64,000 bases of DNA, from assembly GCA_024137785.1 (NCBI GenBank), contig JAHRHZ010000092.1, positions 7,147,412 to 7,211,411 of the forward strand. The letters are read 5' to 3'. Origin of the DNA: Ginglymostoma cirratum. Its lineage: Eukaryota. The notes under the pieces were generated by a model. It ran no database searches and was not told the origin of the DNA. It saw nothing but the letters and a program-made list of their open reading frames with translations. The stretch's first letter is position 1, and the number at the start of each line of letters is the position of its first letter. This document shows, one piece after another, positions 52,461 to 64,000 of the stretch. Position numbers and translations under genes: made by a program.

Positions 52461-52656
52461 CCGTGAAACTTTAATTAAGTGGGTGGTCCCCTAAAATGTG
52501 AGACTGTCATGAGATAGAAATGGAGGTGCCTAGAAACCTCAAATAATGTCCCTACTTCTGAGCCAGGAGGCTTGGGTTCAAATCCCACATGCTCCAGAGG
52601 GGTGTAAGAACATCTCTGAACATACTGATTTTGAAAACATCCCCACAATTTAGAAG

Positions 52657-52782
52657 AGATAAAAGGTACTGCAGATGCTGGAGATGCATTTCTGATGAAG
52701 GGTTTAGGCCCGAAACGTCAAGTTTTCCTGCTCCTATGATGCTGCTTGACCTGCTGTGTTCATCCAGCCCCATGCTTGTTAT
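52657..52782 (+). mobile_element. family-A Penelope-derived element (5'-inverted) with intact hammerhead-like core
   Basis: TSD cccacaatttagaag at 52642-52656 and 52783-52797; CTGATGA-A-GGG-TTTAGG-CCC-GAAACGTC at 52692-52719. Confidence 0.8.
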
Positions 52783-53612
52783 CCCACAATTTAGAAGCTG
52801 AGTTTTGGATTCTTGTGGCACAGTGGTAATGCCACTGCCTTTGAGCCAGAAGACCTAGTTTCAAGTCCCATTTGCCCTTGCTATGGGTCGTAACATGTCT
52901 GAACAGATTGATGAAAAACATCTATTTAAAAGCTGAGTTTTGGGCCCTTATGGTGCAGAGATAGAGTTTACTGCTGGACAAGTAGGTCTGGGTTCAGATC
53001 CCACAAGACCCAGAGATGTATCATAGCATGGTGCTGTACTGTTCTACGTCCTCTGTCGCTCCAGATCAGTGGGGTGTTGGTTTCTAACATGGGAAAGGTG
53101 AAAACTTTTATTTGCAAATCACTGAAAGTCTTTTGCTGCTTGATTTGACATATGGATATTAATGTATGAAAAACACGCAAAGTGCCAACTAAAGTTTCCA
53201 TTACAAGTCCTGGTACAGAAGAGTGAACGTGATCTAAGTTCTTCAGTGAAACAAATAATAATGATGCTTGAAATGCATTACTGGCAAGATCCATCTACAG
53301 AAAAGGCATGAGCAGGAAAATATAACGTGTCCAATAAGATATCGATTTACTGAATCATTATTAGAAAAATACATCTGATAAATCAATCAAGCTCTTTTTC
53401 ATCCAGTCAAATGTAAGTCAGTATTTCTATTGCTTTTCATAGCACATATGGTGCTGCCAGTTCACTTAAATCAAATTTCTATAAACACCTTAGCAAAATG
53501 CTACAAATGAACAAACTAAATTTTAAGTGACACTCCGGGAATTACTGTGGCGGACTTTCTAGCATTTATAAATTTTAAAATCGATTACCATGACTGTGAA
53601 TGGAAAACATTA

Positions 53613-53841
53613 CAGGTAGTTCTCCCATAATGCAATAGTTGCGTTCTTGTGTGACCTTGCTCTACAGAAAATCGGGCCATTGAAAATCACTATAGAAAAT
53701 CACATTATAGGGAAATCGCTATGGAAAATCGCTATACCTGTACAGCAGAAAGTTTGCGTTATCCAAGCAGTGTTCACTATTCATCCATTGCGTTACAGCC
53801 AATTCACATTAACAAAACATACGTTATAACAGAACTACGTG
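53613..53841. mobile_element. Tigger-type MITE
   Basis: TA flanks; TIRs caggtagttctcccataa and cacgtagttctgttataa; subterminal similarity to 36579-37757. Confidence 0.8.
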
Positions 53842-55324
53842 TATCAGTAATGATCAGAAGAATTGTGCAAGCCTGAAGGCAGTAGGCACCTAGCATTCCC
53901 ACATATTCACTTCGAACCGAAAGCCAAGGGTGAGTGGGTCAACTATACACAAATATTGCTCTGCTTAACTGCTTCACAAGCATGAGCTCTGAAGCAAGAT
54001 GGGTTAAACAAGACTAATAGAGTTATCAACAAGTCACAAAATACAGAACAAATTGGCAATCCTGCCTTTCAGTTCTTAAATAAATCAGTTTATCAACAGT
54101 CTCCATAATGCTCCTGACAAAAAGGTGAGTTACCTAGTTATCACAGTGCAATCATCAACTTCACAAGGCAATCACTGCAGCCACAAGAATTCACAGCACA
54201 CTTTCAAGAAATTGTATTTAATGTTTAGATAACTATGACCCAAGTGAATGGAAAGCTGGAAAGGAAGGAGCAGTGCAAGAGGGCAGAACTCACATAAGTG
54301 CTTGGGGCACAATCTCACAGGGCTACGAATACCTAATGTATGGGCAGATTCATGTCCTGTGTATAAACCTGGGCAGCAGGTCCAGCCTGATTAGTCAAGT
54401 AACTCAAATGTGAACTCTTTCAGCAGCTGCCAACAGTGATGCTACTGAAGAAGAATGCAGTAAAAATGCTCACTGCATTAGAAAGCTTTACACAGCTGAG
54501 GCCTCAAACGGTGAAGTACAGATTGAAGTACAGAACAGTACTTCTTCGACTGGCATATTCCATTTTATTTAAGAAAGACACTTAAGTCCTTGGAACACAA
54601 TCTCACAACAAAGAAGTTCTATCTCTGTCGCTCAATCCCAGTCTTCTCATTAGGTTCCAAAAATCACTTTTCTTCAGCTGTACAAAATGAAAACTGTGCC
54701 AAGCTAGCAACACACCAATCTCATTGGGAAGTTTAAGCAACTAAATAAACATGGATCCCATCTTTGATTCAGAGGGTTTATTAAAAGCTTTTGAATAAAA
54801 AACAATTGAGAAAAGATTCAAGAAAAACAACATTCAAGAGATTACAAAGGACGTTTCCCCCCCTGCAATAAGTGATCTTCTCCAAAACAGTTACTCCTGT
54901 CTCCTCAAAGAAAGTCTTTCTTCCAAAAAAATTAACATGATTCCAAACGACTCCAACTCAAAGAAGTTAGGCCAAGTTCTCGAAACCTTGTTTTTAAAAA
55001 ATGACAGATGCTTGCATATTTTAATATCACTGAGCATGGGTGGTCATTTGCAAGCTGAAAATTTGTTGCCTCAAATATAATTACAAAAAAATTCTTTGTA
55101 GGAAGTTTTTTTGAACAACCCATGAATGTAAATCATGGTCCAAACTGTAAACTACTACACATTTACAGTTCAAATCAGTTTCAGTTCCTTTCTGTAAGAC
55201 TCAATGAAACTGTATAACTAGCCAATGCAAAACTCTTGACAAACCACATTATCTAATCATACCATCCATGAATGTTGAAAGGTACACATTACAATGGTAG
55301 CTAGGATCCAAATCCAACAATAAT

Positions 55325-55536
55325 AGAGTGGAGCTGGAGGAACACAGCAGGTCAGACAGCATCAGAGAAGCAGGAAAGTCAACGTTTCGGGTTGGGACCC
55401 TTCAGCATTAGTCCTGAAGAAGGGTCTCGACTCAAAACGTCAACTTTCCCGCTCCTCTGATGCTGCCTGACACACTGTGTTCCTCCAGCTCCACATTGAA
55501 TTGACTCTGACTCCAGCATCTGAAGATCTTGTTATC
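55325..55536. mobile_element. palindromic family-A element
   Basis: Inverted arms around 55405-55413; imperfect TSD tccaaatccaacaataat / tccaaattcaacataat; 64 bp from the exon ~6 donor. Confidence 0.78.
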
Positions 55537-55600
55537 TCCAAATTCAACATAATGCATTGGTGTAAACATAGCTCAAAAAAGTGGAGACAAATTTTCTTAC

Positions 55601-55700
55601 CTAGTTGAGTACTGCACGAGTCAAGCGACCAACCAACACGGACCACGTGAGGATCAGGCTCAGTTGGTGGAAGATGCTTAACTGAAATCTCTTCATTAAT
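55601..55700 (-). CDS. HNRNPUL1: HNRNPUL1 exon ~6 (SPRY)
   Basis: ttgtag|ATT...CTAG|gtaaga; 100 bp; [33 protein letters not shown]. Confidence 0.96.
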
Positions 55701-57669
55701 CTACAAAAGAAAAACATTTTTTATTTTGTTTTGAAAACAATGCTACTATTAACATCTTAAAGTGCATTAGATACCAAGTCCTACTTCAAATCCAAGTAAG
55801 AAAAATGCAGCTGTGAAGAATTGGACTCTTAGAAGGGCCTAAATTCAGCACTGACTAGTGCTAAGACAATTGTCTCTATAACTGAAGGTCAGGTACACAA
55901 ATGTGGTGGTTAAAGGATGCTAACTACTTTTACAAATCTGTTTTAGCTATAAATTTCCCAGCAAAAAGATTGATTTTTCAGTCACCGATCACTGCATGAA
56001 TATATAGAGTTCTGACGGGAGTATGGGTCCACAGTTTTGTACAGCAATTGGCAACTATCACTGCCAGGAATGTATAATTGATGCACGAGAACGAACAAGG
56101 TGTATCAAACTGCAGGGACATCATAGTCGACCACCGTCATATCAGCAATACAGGCACCTTCAGCCAGAGTCACTCATAGTTAAGTGGAAATGAGTACCCT
56201 AATCAAAATTTCAAACATTAGAGTTACTTAGGTCAAATGTGAATATCTCAGCCAAAATCAGCTCAGTGGAGAATAGCGACTCAACTTGGGTCTTTGTGGT
56301 CTGAGCAGCGTGACTACTCATCAATCCACGTCACAGATAGGAGGAAGTCATGGATTATATTTTCACAACGCACAGTCATTGACATTGTCTGGCACTATCT
56401 CCTTTTGCACCATAAGTATCATTCTGAGAGAAAGACCCAAATGGTTCACAAAATTAGTTCAATTATAGTTAAACCATAAAATACTAGATCATCCAACCAC
56501 AATCCACATGCAACAGAATGCAAATGAAGTTTATTTAAACTGACTGTATAATTTCAATCACTAAGTCATGGTAGAATGAATTCTGATGCATGTGAAATAA
56601 CCCCTGAGGACAACTGAAACAATACTTCCTCACAGAGTTATTACAATGCAAGAGGCCATTCAGCCCATTGTGCCTGCACTGGCTCTCTCAGTACTTATAC
56701 TTAGTGCTCTCGCCTTTGCCTTTTTCTATGCATTGTTCCCATCTAAATAATCACCCGATTCTCTCTTCCGTGCCTCAATTGAACCTCCCTTCCCCATACT
56801 TATAGCTACTTTGAAGTAAATATTTAAAATGCTGGATAGGGTACTGATCAAATGGGCTACCCTTCCCTGAATGACACTGAGTTTCATTAGTGTTGTTAGA
56901 ACTGTACTCATATAATGAATAGCAGAATACTCTAGTGTAATCTCTTACACCTGGTAAGTAGTGGAAAGCCTTCGCGATTTGGGGGTTATGGGCGTGGTTT
57001 GTACTTCACATAAGCACCACATACTGGCTCAGTGTCTGACCTGTACCTGTAGCTACAAAATTTATGTGGGCATTTCTGTTAGGTATCTCGTCAATTGTAA
57101 CCCATGGAGAATTGATGTTAGGTATTAAGCAATGCCAATGCCACTGAATGTCATAGGGAAAACAAGAAACTCTCATTGGAGAAAGTAGTTGCCTAGCATA
57201 AATATCACTTGCCACTTATCAGCCCAAGCCTGAATGCTGTTAACGGCTTGGTGCATGCAGCACTGTCTGCTTCATTATCTGACAAGCTGCAAATGGAAAT
57301 CATTAAACATCCCCCACCTCAGACCCTGCAGACAAAAAGTCATTGGTGTAGCTACTGAAGACATGCAGCAGAGTGGGCTACACTATTATGACATTTCAAC
57401 TTTGCACACTTAATCCATTAAATCTCCCAAACAGTGTGATAATATGCAGAGCAGAGAATAAGACACTTACTTTCTTGTGGCCATCTCTTTCAACTATCAG
57501 GAAAGAGTAATTAAGTGTAACAGAGTGGGCTTTGGTCAATGCCCTGATAAACCAGTATAGACATAAAAAAGCAAAGATGATTGGACTTCACAACAATCTT
57601 TGCTCTGTCATTAGTATGACCTCCAGTCAATTTCTTCAACTTCTGTATGGCTCCTCAACGCCATACTTT

Positions 57670-58190
57670 GCCAAATGCGAACGCTCTGAGGAACACCTCC
57701 ACTCAGTCCAGCAGGACCCTGACCTTCCTGGCTCTTGCCATGTTAATTCACAATCCTGCTCTGTTACTTAAATTTCTGCCTTATATCTGCTGTATTGTTC
57801 TAATGAAGCTCAATGCAAGCTGGAGGAACACCACCTAATTTTGCATTTCAACAACTTCAGACCATGAGCTCTATCCTACATTTTTTGGCCTTGCTTTCAG
57901 TTTACTTTTCATATTTTTGTTTTCAGCACAGCTGACCTATATTCTGCTACTAACATCTATTCTAGCTTTCTCTTCTCACCATTACCATTTCCTTTAGTTT
58001 TGTGACACCACGGTCTCTAACCTCACCCCATAACCTTATCCTGACTTTCCCTCCAGTTCCATTTGTTCCTCCTTACTTTTTCGTACAATATAGAGCCCTT
58101 TCACCTCTCAATTCAAAACAAACTCAGTTTCTCCTTCCTCAGATGCTTCCAGACCCGCTGAGTTTCTACAGACTTTGTTTTTATTTAAAC
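57670..58190 (+). mobile_element. Penelope-like element 3' end (GIY-YIG endonuclease C-terminal remnant plus family-B terminus)
   Basis: EEHLHSVQQDPDLPGSCHVNS..*..CSNEAQCKLEEHHLILHFNNF resembles the PLE endonuclease tail (EH..PVA.HFN..RKLEEQHLIF..N); ends cagatgcttccagacccgctgagtttctacagactttgtttttattt. Confidence 0.7.
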
Positions 58191-61100
58191 ATCAAGATTG
58201 GTGAGATCAGTGCATCTCAACAGCACCAGTGATGAATCTAATTTTGAGTCTCCAAATTCCAATGCATTAATGATTGACAACCAGGCATTCAACTACCTAG
58301 GCCTCAATCTCTGGAATATCCTTCCTAAATCTGTGCCCACTTCTCCTCCTTTTAAGATGCTCCTGAAATAGATAACTCTTTGACTGAGTGTTTTGCGCCC
58401 TGTCCTTATATCTCTATGGCCCATCATATTTTTTATCTGATAAAGTTTCAGTGAAAAAAATAATGGGACATTTTAAGTATACTTCCCAAATATGACTAAC
58501 TTGTACATTTGAAGTTCAAGCCAGTCAAGTTAACAGACAGTAGTAAGTCAGCATCAGAAACAGAGAGGTTGCAATAAAGCATTTGCAAGTAGACTGGATT
58601 ATTGAAATAATCTGGCGATAGGAGAGGATAGTTAATACTGAAAAGTAATGCTTATTTTGTAAAATGGAGATACAGCTCAGAGCAAAATAAATGGAATAAA
58701 ATTTAATAGAAAGACTCAAAAGGATGCTAAGAATTGTCACATTGTCACTGTCAATGTCTGAACAATTCAGTAAAGTGAAAAGACCAATAAAAACAGAGAT
58801 GATAAAACAATGATATTAAAGGTATGCTGAATATTGTACAATGTTAGGGTCAGAGATACATGATTAAGCAGGATCAGTGTTTGAAGCTTAGAGATTTTTT
58901 TCAAAAGTGGGAGTACTGATTTTTTTTCTATTAAATATCAAAAACAGTTTAAAAAATATTATTCCAGAACATTACTTCAAAAAGATGAGTTAGATTGATT
59001 TAAAATCAAATGCATCAGGTGCAATCTTTAGACAAAGAGCAACATTCTACAGGCAATATCCACACTTACAAAGAGTTGAAGTGTTGTTGGGTAATAGGCC
59101 AAGAGAGTTAAGGCATAAGAGGAGCAACCTATAGTTGGCAATACTCGTTTCATACTTGACTTTTCTGCTGCACTTCCTTTTTCAACCCTCACAAAAAAAA
59201 TTACATGACCCAGTAAAGTAAAATATCTGAACATCAAAGTTCTCTGTAATTCTCCAGGGGATTTGGAGTGCAGCTGTTCTTCAAATGCAACAAATAGAAG
59301 ATCATACAAACTCAGAATAAACTCAAAGCCCAGGCTTGGTGACATAATTCAATTTTAGCAAGGAACCAACAATCACTGTGTGAATCTGGTCACTTCAAAA
59401 GATCCAATGTTTACCAAGTGGCAAAGATTGAGAGAATACTCAAGTGCAAAGTGGTTTTGCCTTGCACCTACACTAGAGAAATTTGTTTTTTAAAAAATGT
59501 GTCCACAAAATGTAGGTGTTGCTCACTATCTCTAGTTGCCCTTGAGAAGGTGGCCTACCCCTTGAATTATTGAAGTGCATGTGGTTGAGGTACACTCGCA
59601 GTGCTGTTAGGAAATTTTGGACTTTGACCCAGCAAAAGTGAAGAAATGTTAAAAAATGGTATAAATTAAACACCAATACAAGAAGGACAAGAGGAGGATA
59701 CAGTCTCACGCTGATTTGCCTTGGAGTCTGCTCAGGCTGTCACACTTATTTTACACTCCAAAAGTTGAGCACTGGTGCTCATTTTTACAGCAAACAATCT
59801 ATGTCATGATCTATGGTGACTGTATTGCAAGGGATAATCAGTCAGTCTTAGCTCCTATTCGGAATTGTTTCCTAATCATAAACACTAGGTTTTAAACCGC
59901 AAGAAGCATCACAAATACTGAAAAGGAGGAAATGCAGTTTTGTTACTAGAGTCTTCTGTACGAAATCTAATAAACAAGTTGAGCAATCTAGAGAACAAGG
60001 TCGTCTGGGAAGCAGGCTTTCTCGAAAAAACGAAAGAAGAAATTGTTTCTTTTTGCTCAGATTTTGGGAATGTTTCTTAGGAAACTGAAAGAGAGCATTA
60101 AGAAATTTCCCTCCATTCGGGCGATTAAAATAACTATGCCAGTTACCATAGTTCTTGCAATAGAACTTTTGTAATTTCTTTTTTCTCAAAATTGCACAGA
60201 CATCTTCTTCCATGTAAAGCTACAAAAGGACAAGTGAAGTCACCTTAAGAATCCATTTACGAAATCCTATCCTTGCAAACAGTGCTCATTTCTCCATCAC
60301 AATGTATTACCCAGTTAAATGCGATGCTCAATAAATGTCAATGCTGTTTTTCTTTCGCATCTTGGTGCAGAACCTTTAATTTCACATTTGCTGTTTTACT
60401 GTCCAGACACTTGCAAACATCAAGCTATGGTTATCGCAGTTCTACCTTCTCAAATTAAAAACAGAATCTGCACAAACTCCTACACTGCCTTAAACGGAAC
60501 TTCAATCTATGAGACATGACCTGTTGTCTGAACTGTTGTCCATCTCCATGCTCTAGGTCACCCCATTGAAACCCTGACCCATATTCACTACTGTAAGTGG
60601 CATGTCCCTCTGCCAGAATCTGCTTCCTCTGCTGAATTATCTGTTATAAAAGTCTCTACATTAAAGCTGCTTTCTAAATTCTAGTTGCTGCTGTTTAGGT
60701 TGGTTCAGCCAGCATATGAAAAACATTAAATCGTGTGGGAGTTTTGAATTTCTAGAAATAATATGGTAACTCAATTGGCAGAGTTAAGGCTTGAGGATGA
60801 TGCACTTAATATGCACAAAAACAAAGCACTATGTGCTGTTTCTTTGACAGACTGAAATATACAGGACAATTTCAAGGACAAGCCACCACTTCCATGGACA
60901 GTGGTGGCACTGCAAGTGGGAGTTACAACATGCACCACTACAAAATATTGGAATTCAAGACATGATTCCAGCCTGACAACCTCAAAATCCCAATCTCCAT
61001 GGCACTGCAGGAGGCAGTAAGCAAAGGGCAGGTACGTTACCACTGGTGCAGGGAGAACAAATGGATGTCCTGGTAGGCCACTAACAAGTAAATCCAGCAA

Positions 61101-61235
61101 GTGGCTCATCAGCAGTTCTGATAAGGCCCTAGGTGCAGCTCAGCTGCCTAGCCAGAGTTCCATGGCCTTAATAGATATGTAAGGGGAGAAAAAGAAAATG
61201 GGCAATTCCATGCCCTCAAAAGAAAAGTTAAGTAC

Positions 61236-61375
61236 CTTAACTTCAAAACAAACTTTCCCCTTGTTGACCCCATATGTTGCTCGTGCTCCTGACCACAGAT
61301 ATGCAAATCCTTCAATAGTCAAGGGGTAGCCACTCAAGCGGTCTCTAGCCACTTTAAAGTGCAGATCACAGTTAT
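61236..61375 (-). CDS. HNRNPUL1: HNRNPUL1 exon ~5 (SPRY)
   Basis: tcctag|AT...AAG|gtactt; 140 bp; [46 protein letters not shown]. Confidence 0.96.
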
Positions 61376-61488
61376 CTAGGATGGAAAACATGGAAAAATG
61401 TAAGACAGGGAAAAAGGAACATATCAAGTCAAACCAGTTCAGATTACCCTGAAAATAGTTTATTACAAAGACACTGCTTGATACTTAC

Positions 61489-61562
61489 AGGTATCAATAG
61501 TCACACATGATTCATCAAAGTCTTCCTCATCATCCTCTGCAGGTGGCTGGGGAGATTTTGCT
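61489..61562 (-). CDS. HNRNPUL1: HNRNPUL1 exon ~4 (earlier exons lie beyond 64000)
   Basis: tcatag|A...ACCT|gtaagt; 74 bp, phase 2/1; AKSPQPPAEDDEEDFDESCVTIDT; 113-bp intron to the next exon. Confidence 0.94.
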
Positions 61563-62369
61563 CTATGAAAAAGTAAAATACTGCTATTTAACTCCTTGGA
61601 TGGGCAACAGCCCACAGGCAGAACTATTAATGTACTTTCATACCAACTCTCAAATGATTTTCATTGTACATTAAGCTAGATTTTTAAGTCAATAACTCAG
61701 TAAGCACCATTGATATTTGGTGCACAGCATCGAATTAACCAGACATCAAGCACAGTAAACCTCACTTAAGTCCTCTCTTATATTCCTGAAAATCACACCT
61801 TTAAGTGAAACATAAGATCCAATAGAAATCAATGTTAAAGCCAGATTTAAGTTCTTTCAGAATTTCAGAAAAACACTGTACAAATTGAAATATTGTATCA
61901 TATATGTGCCACACTGTGTAGTCCTAGCTAATGCTAGTTGCAAAATAAAATTGATCATGAACTATAAAAGCAATACAGTACATAATTTTTAAAAATACTC
62001 ACCATGAAGAGTTGTTAGATCAATCAGGGTTTCTAGTAACTCCACTAGTGGCAGAAGTTAGTTGGTGTAGCAATCAGCGGGCCAGCTTCTGCCACCAGAT
62101 GGAGCCTGGAATTTCAGTGTGGGTCCAGGAATGTACAAAGCTGGGAGACAAACCCGGGAGACAAACCCCAGAGACAAAGGTGAGAACAGAAGTTGTGAGA
62201 TAAGAGAAGCAAGGACAGAACAGAGCAGCAAACAAGAGCAGAAAGCGATACCATGGGCAAATGGGGTCAGTGTCAGAGGCAAGGCCTGGAGGAGAGTTGG
62301 AACTATGGCGCAAAGCCAGGGTGGAGGCAAGGCTGTGCAGTGAGGGAGGGACTGGGGCTGGACACAGAG

Positions 62370-64000
62370 GGACAGAGCAAGAAGGTAACTGGAGAGAGAG
62401 TAGGGCCTCTTAAAGATCAAGGAGATCATATTTGTGTTGAACCCCAGGAGATGGGAGAGATATTAAATGAATATTTCGCATCAGTTTTTACTGTGGAGAA
62501 AGAAATGGAGTCTAAAGAATGCAGAGACATAAACTTTGATGTTTTAAAAACAGTTCACATTACAGAAGAGGAAGTTCAGGTGGTCTTCGAGAATATAAAG
62601 GTGGATAAATCTCCAGGACCTGATCTAATGCATCCCAGAACATTGTGGGAAGTCAGAGAGGAAATTACGAGGCCCTTTGCATCATCTATAACTATGAGTG
62701 AGGTGCCTGATGACTGGAGGATGGCTACTGTTGTACCTCTCTTTAAGTAAGGTTGTAAGGAGAAACCGGGGAACTACATACCTATGAATCTGACTTCAGT
62801 TGTGGGTAAATTGTTGGAGGTGATCATAAAAGATAGGATTTATAGACATTTAAAGAGGCAAACATTTATTAGGAATAGTCAACATGGCTTTGTGTGAGGA
62901 AAACTGTGTCTCACAAACTTGATTGAGTTTTTTGAGGAAGTTACCAAAAAGACTGATGATAGCAGAGCCATTGACATTGTGAGTTTGGATTTTGGTAAAG
63001 CCTTTGACAAGGTTCCGCATAGTAGACTAATTAGTAAAGTTAGGTCACATGGAATTCAGGGTGAGTTTGCCAATTGGACACATAATTGTCTTAAAGCCAG
63101 GAGACAGAGTAACGGTGAGGGGTTGCTTTTCAGACTGGAGGCCTGTGACTGCTGGTGTTCCACTAGGATCGGTTCTGGGTCCTCTTTTGTTTATCATTTA
63201 TATAACTGATTTGGATAAGAATATAGAAGGCATGGTTAGTAAATTTGCAGACGACACCAAACTTGATGGCATTCTTGATCAAGTGGGTCAATGGGCTGAA
63301 AAACGGCAGATGGAGTTTGATCTGAATAAATTCTAGGTATTGCATTTTGGTACAACAAACAAGGGTAGGACTTATACAATTAATAGTATGGCCTTGGGTA
63401 GTGTGGTAGAACAGAGCAACCTAGGGCCTCAGGTACATAATTCTTTCAAGTTTGTGTTACATATAGACAGGGTGGTTAAAAAGGCATTTGACATGCTTGC
63501 CTTCATTGCTCAGTCCTTTGAGTACAGGAGTTGGCAAGTCATATTGAGGTTGCACAGGACATTGGCGAGTCTATTTTGTAACGGTGCCCAGTTCTGGTCG
63601 CCCAGTTACAGGAAGGATATTATTAAACTGGAGAGGGTTCAGAAGAGATTCACCAGGATATTGCTGGGTATGGAAGGTTTGAGTTATAAAGAAAAGCTAG
63701 GACTTTTTTCACTGGAGCATAGGAGGTTGAGAGGCAACCTGATAGAAGTTTACAAGATAATGATAGGTATACATAGAGTTAATGGTAATTGTCTTTTCCC
63801 TACATTGGGGGATTTCAAGACCGGGGGGGGGGGGAAATTTTTAAAGTGAGAAGAGAGAGATTTAAAAAAGACATGAGGCACATTTTTTATACTGAGACTG
63901 GTTCATGTGTGGAATGAACTCCCTGAGCAAATGGTGGATGTGGGTACAATTACAACCTGGATAGACACTTGAACAGGAAAGGTTTGGAGGGATATGGGCC
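62370..64000 (+). mobile_element. CR1 LINE ORF2 (RT), disrupted
   Basis: VGPLKDQG..KSPGPD..LDFGKAFDKVPH..GVPLGSVLGPLLF..KFADDTKL; stops and frameshifts. Confidence 0.93.

Noticed and set aside
33143-61562. Assignment to HNRNPU or HNRNPUL2
   Set aside because: Peptides such as [43 protein letters not shown] and [18 protein letters not shown] match recalled HNRNPUL1 rather than its paralogues.

Overview
Vertebrate genomic DNA, almost certainly from a cartilaginous fish (shark-type HE1/V-SINEs, SacSINE1-like and LF-SINE-like SINEs, CR1 LINEs). Two intron-containing genes converge. On + are exons 3-9 of a CYP2-family cytochrome P450 (1000-16107; frame, GT-AG sites and canonical CYP2 exon sizes intact; exons 1-2 upstream of the window). 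On - are the last 12 coding exons of HNRNPUL1 (61562-21510; 5' exons beyond the window). Most ORFs in the supplied track are repeat debris. The most striking unexplained structure is a set of at least four unrelated families of short, often palindromic, TSD-flanked intronic insertions. Each carries a minimal hammerhead-ribozyme-like core (CUGANGA-N-stem-GAAA-palindrome), and one family is physically tied to a Penelope GIY-YIG remnant. Both 400-N gaps sit at the centre of such palindromes. Also notable: CYP2-HNRNPUL1 linkage recalling human 19q13.2, loss of the C-helix Trp in the P450, and a dense cluster of 5' splice-site consensus motifs in an HNRNPUL1 intron. All coordinates were read by eye; repeat boundaries are approximate and HNRNPUL1 exon numbers follow the recalled human gene.
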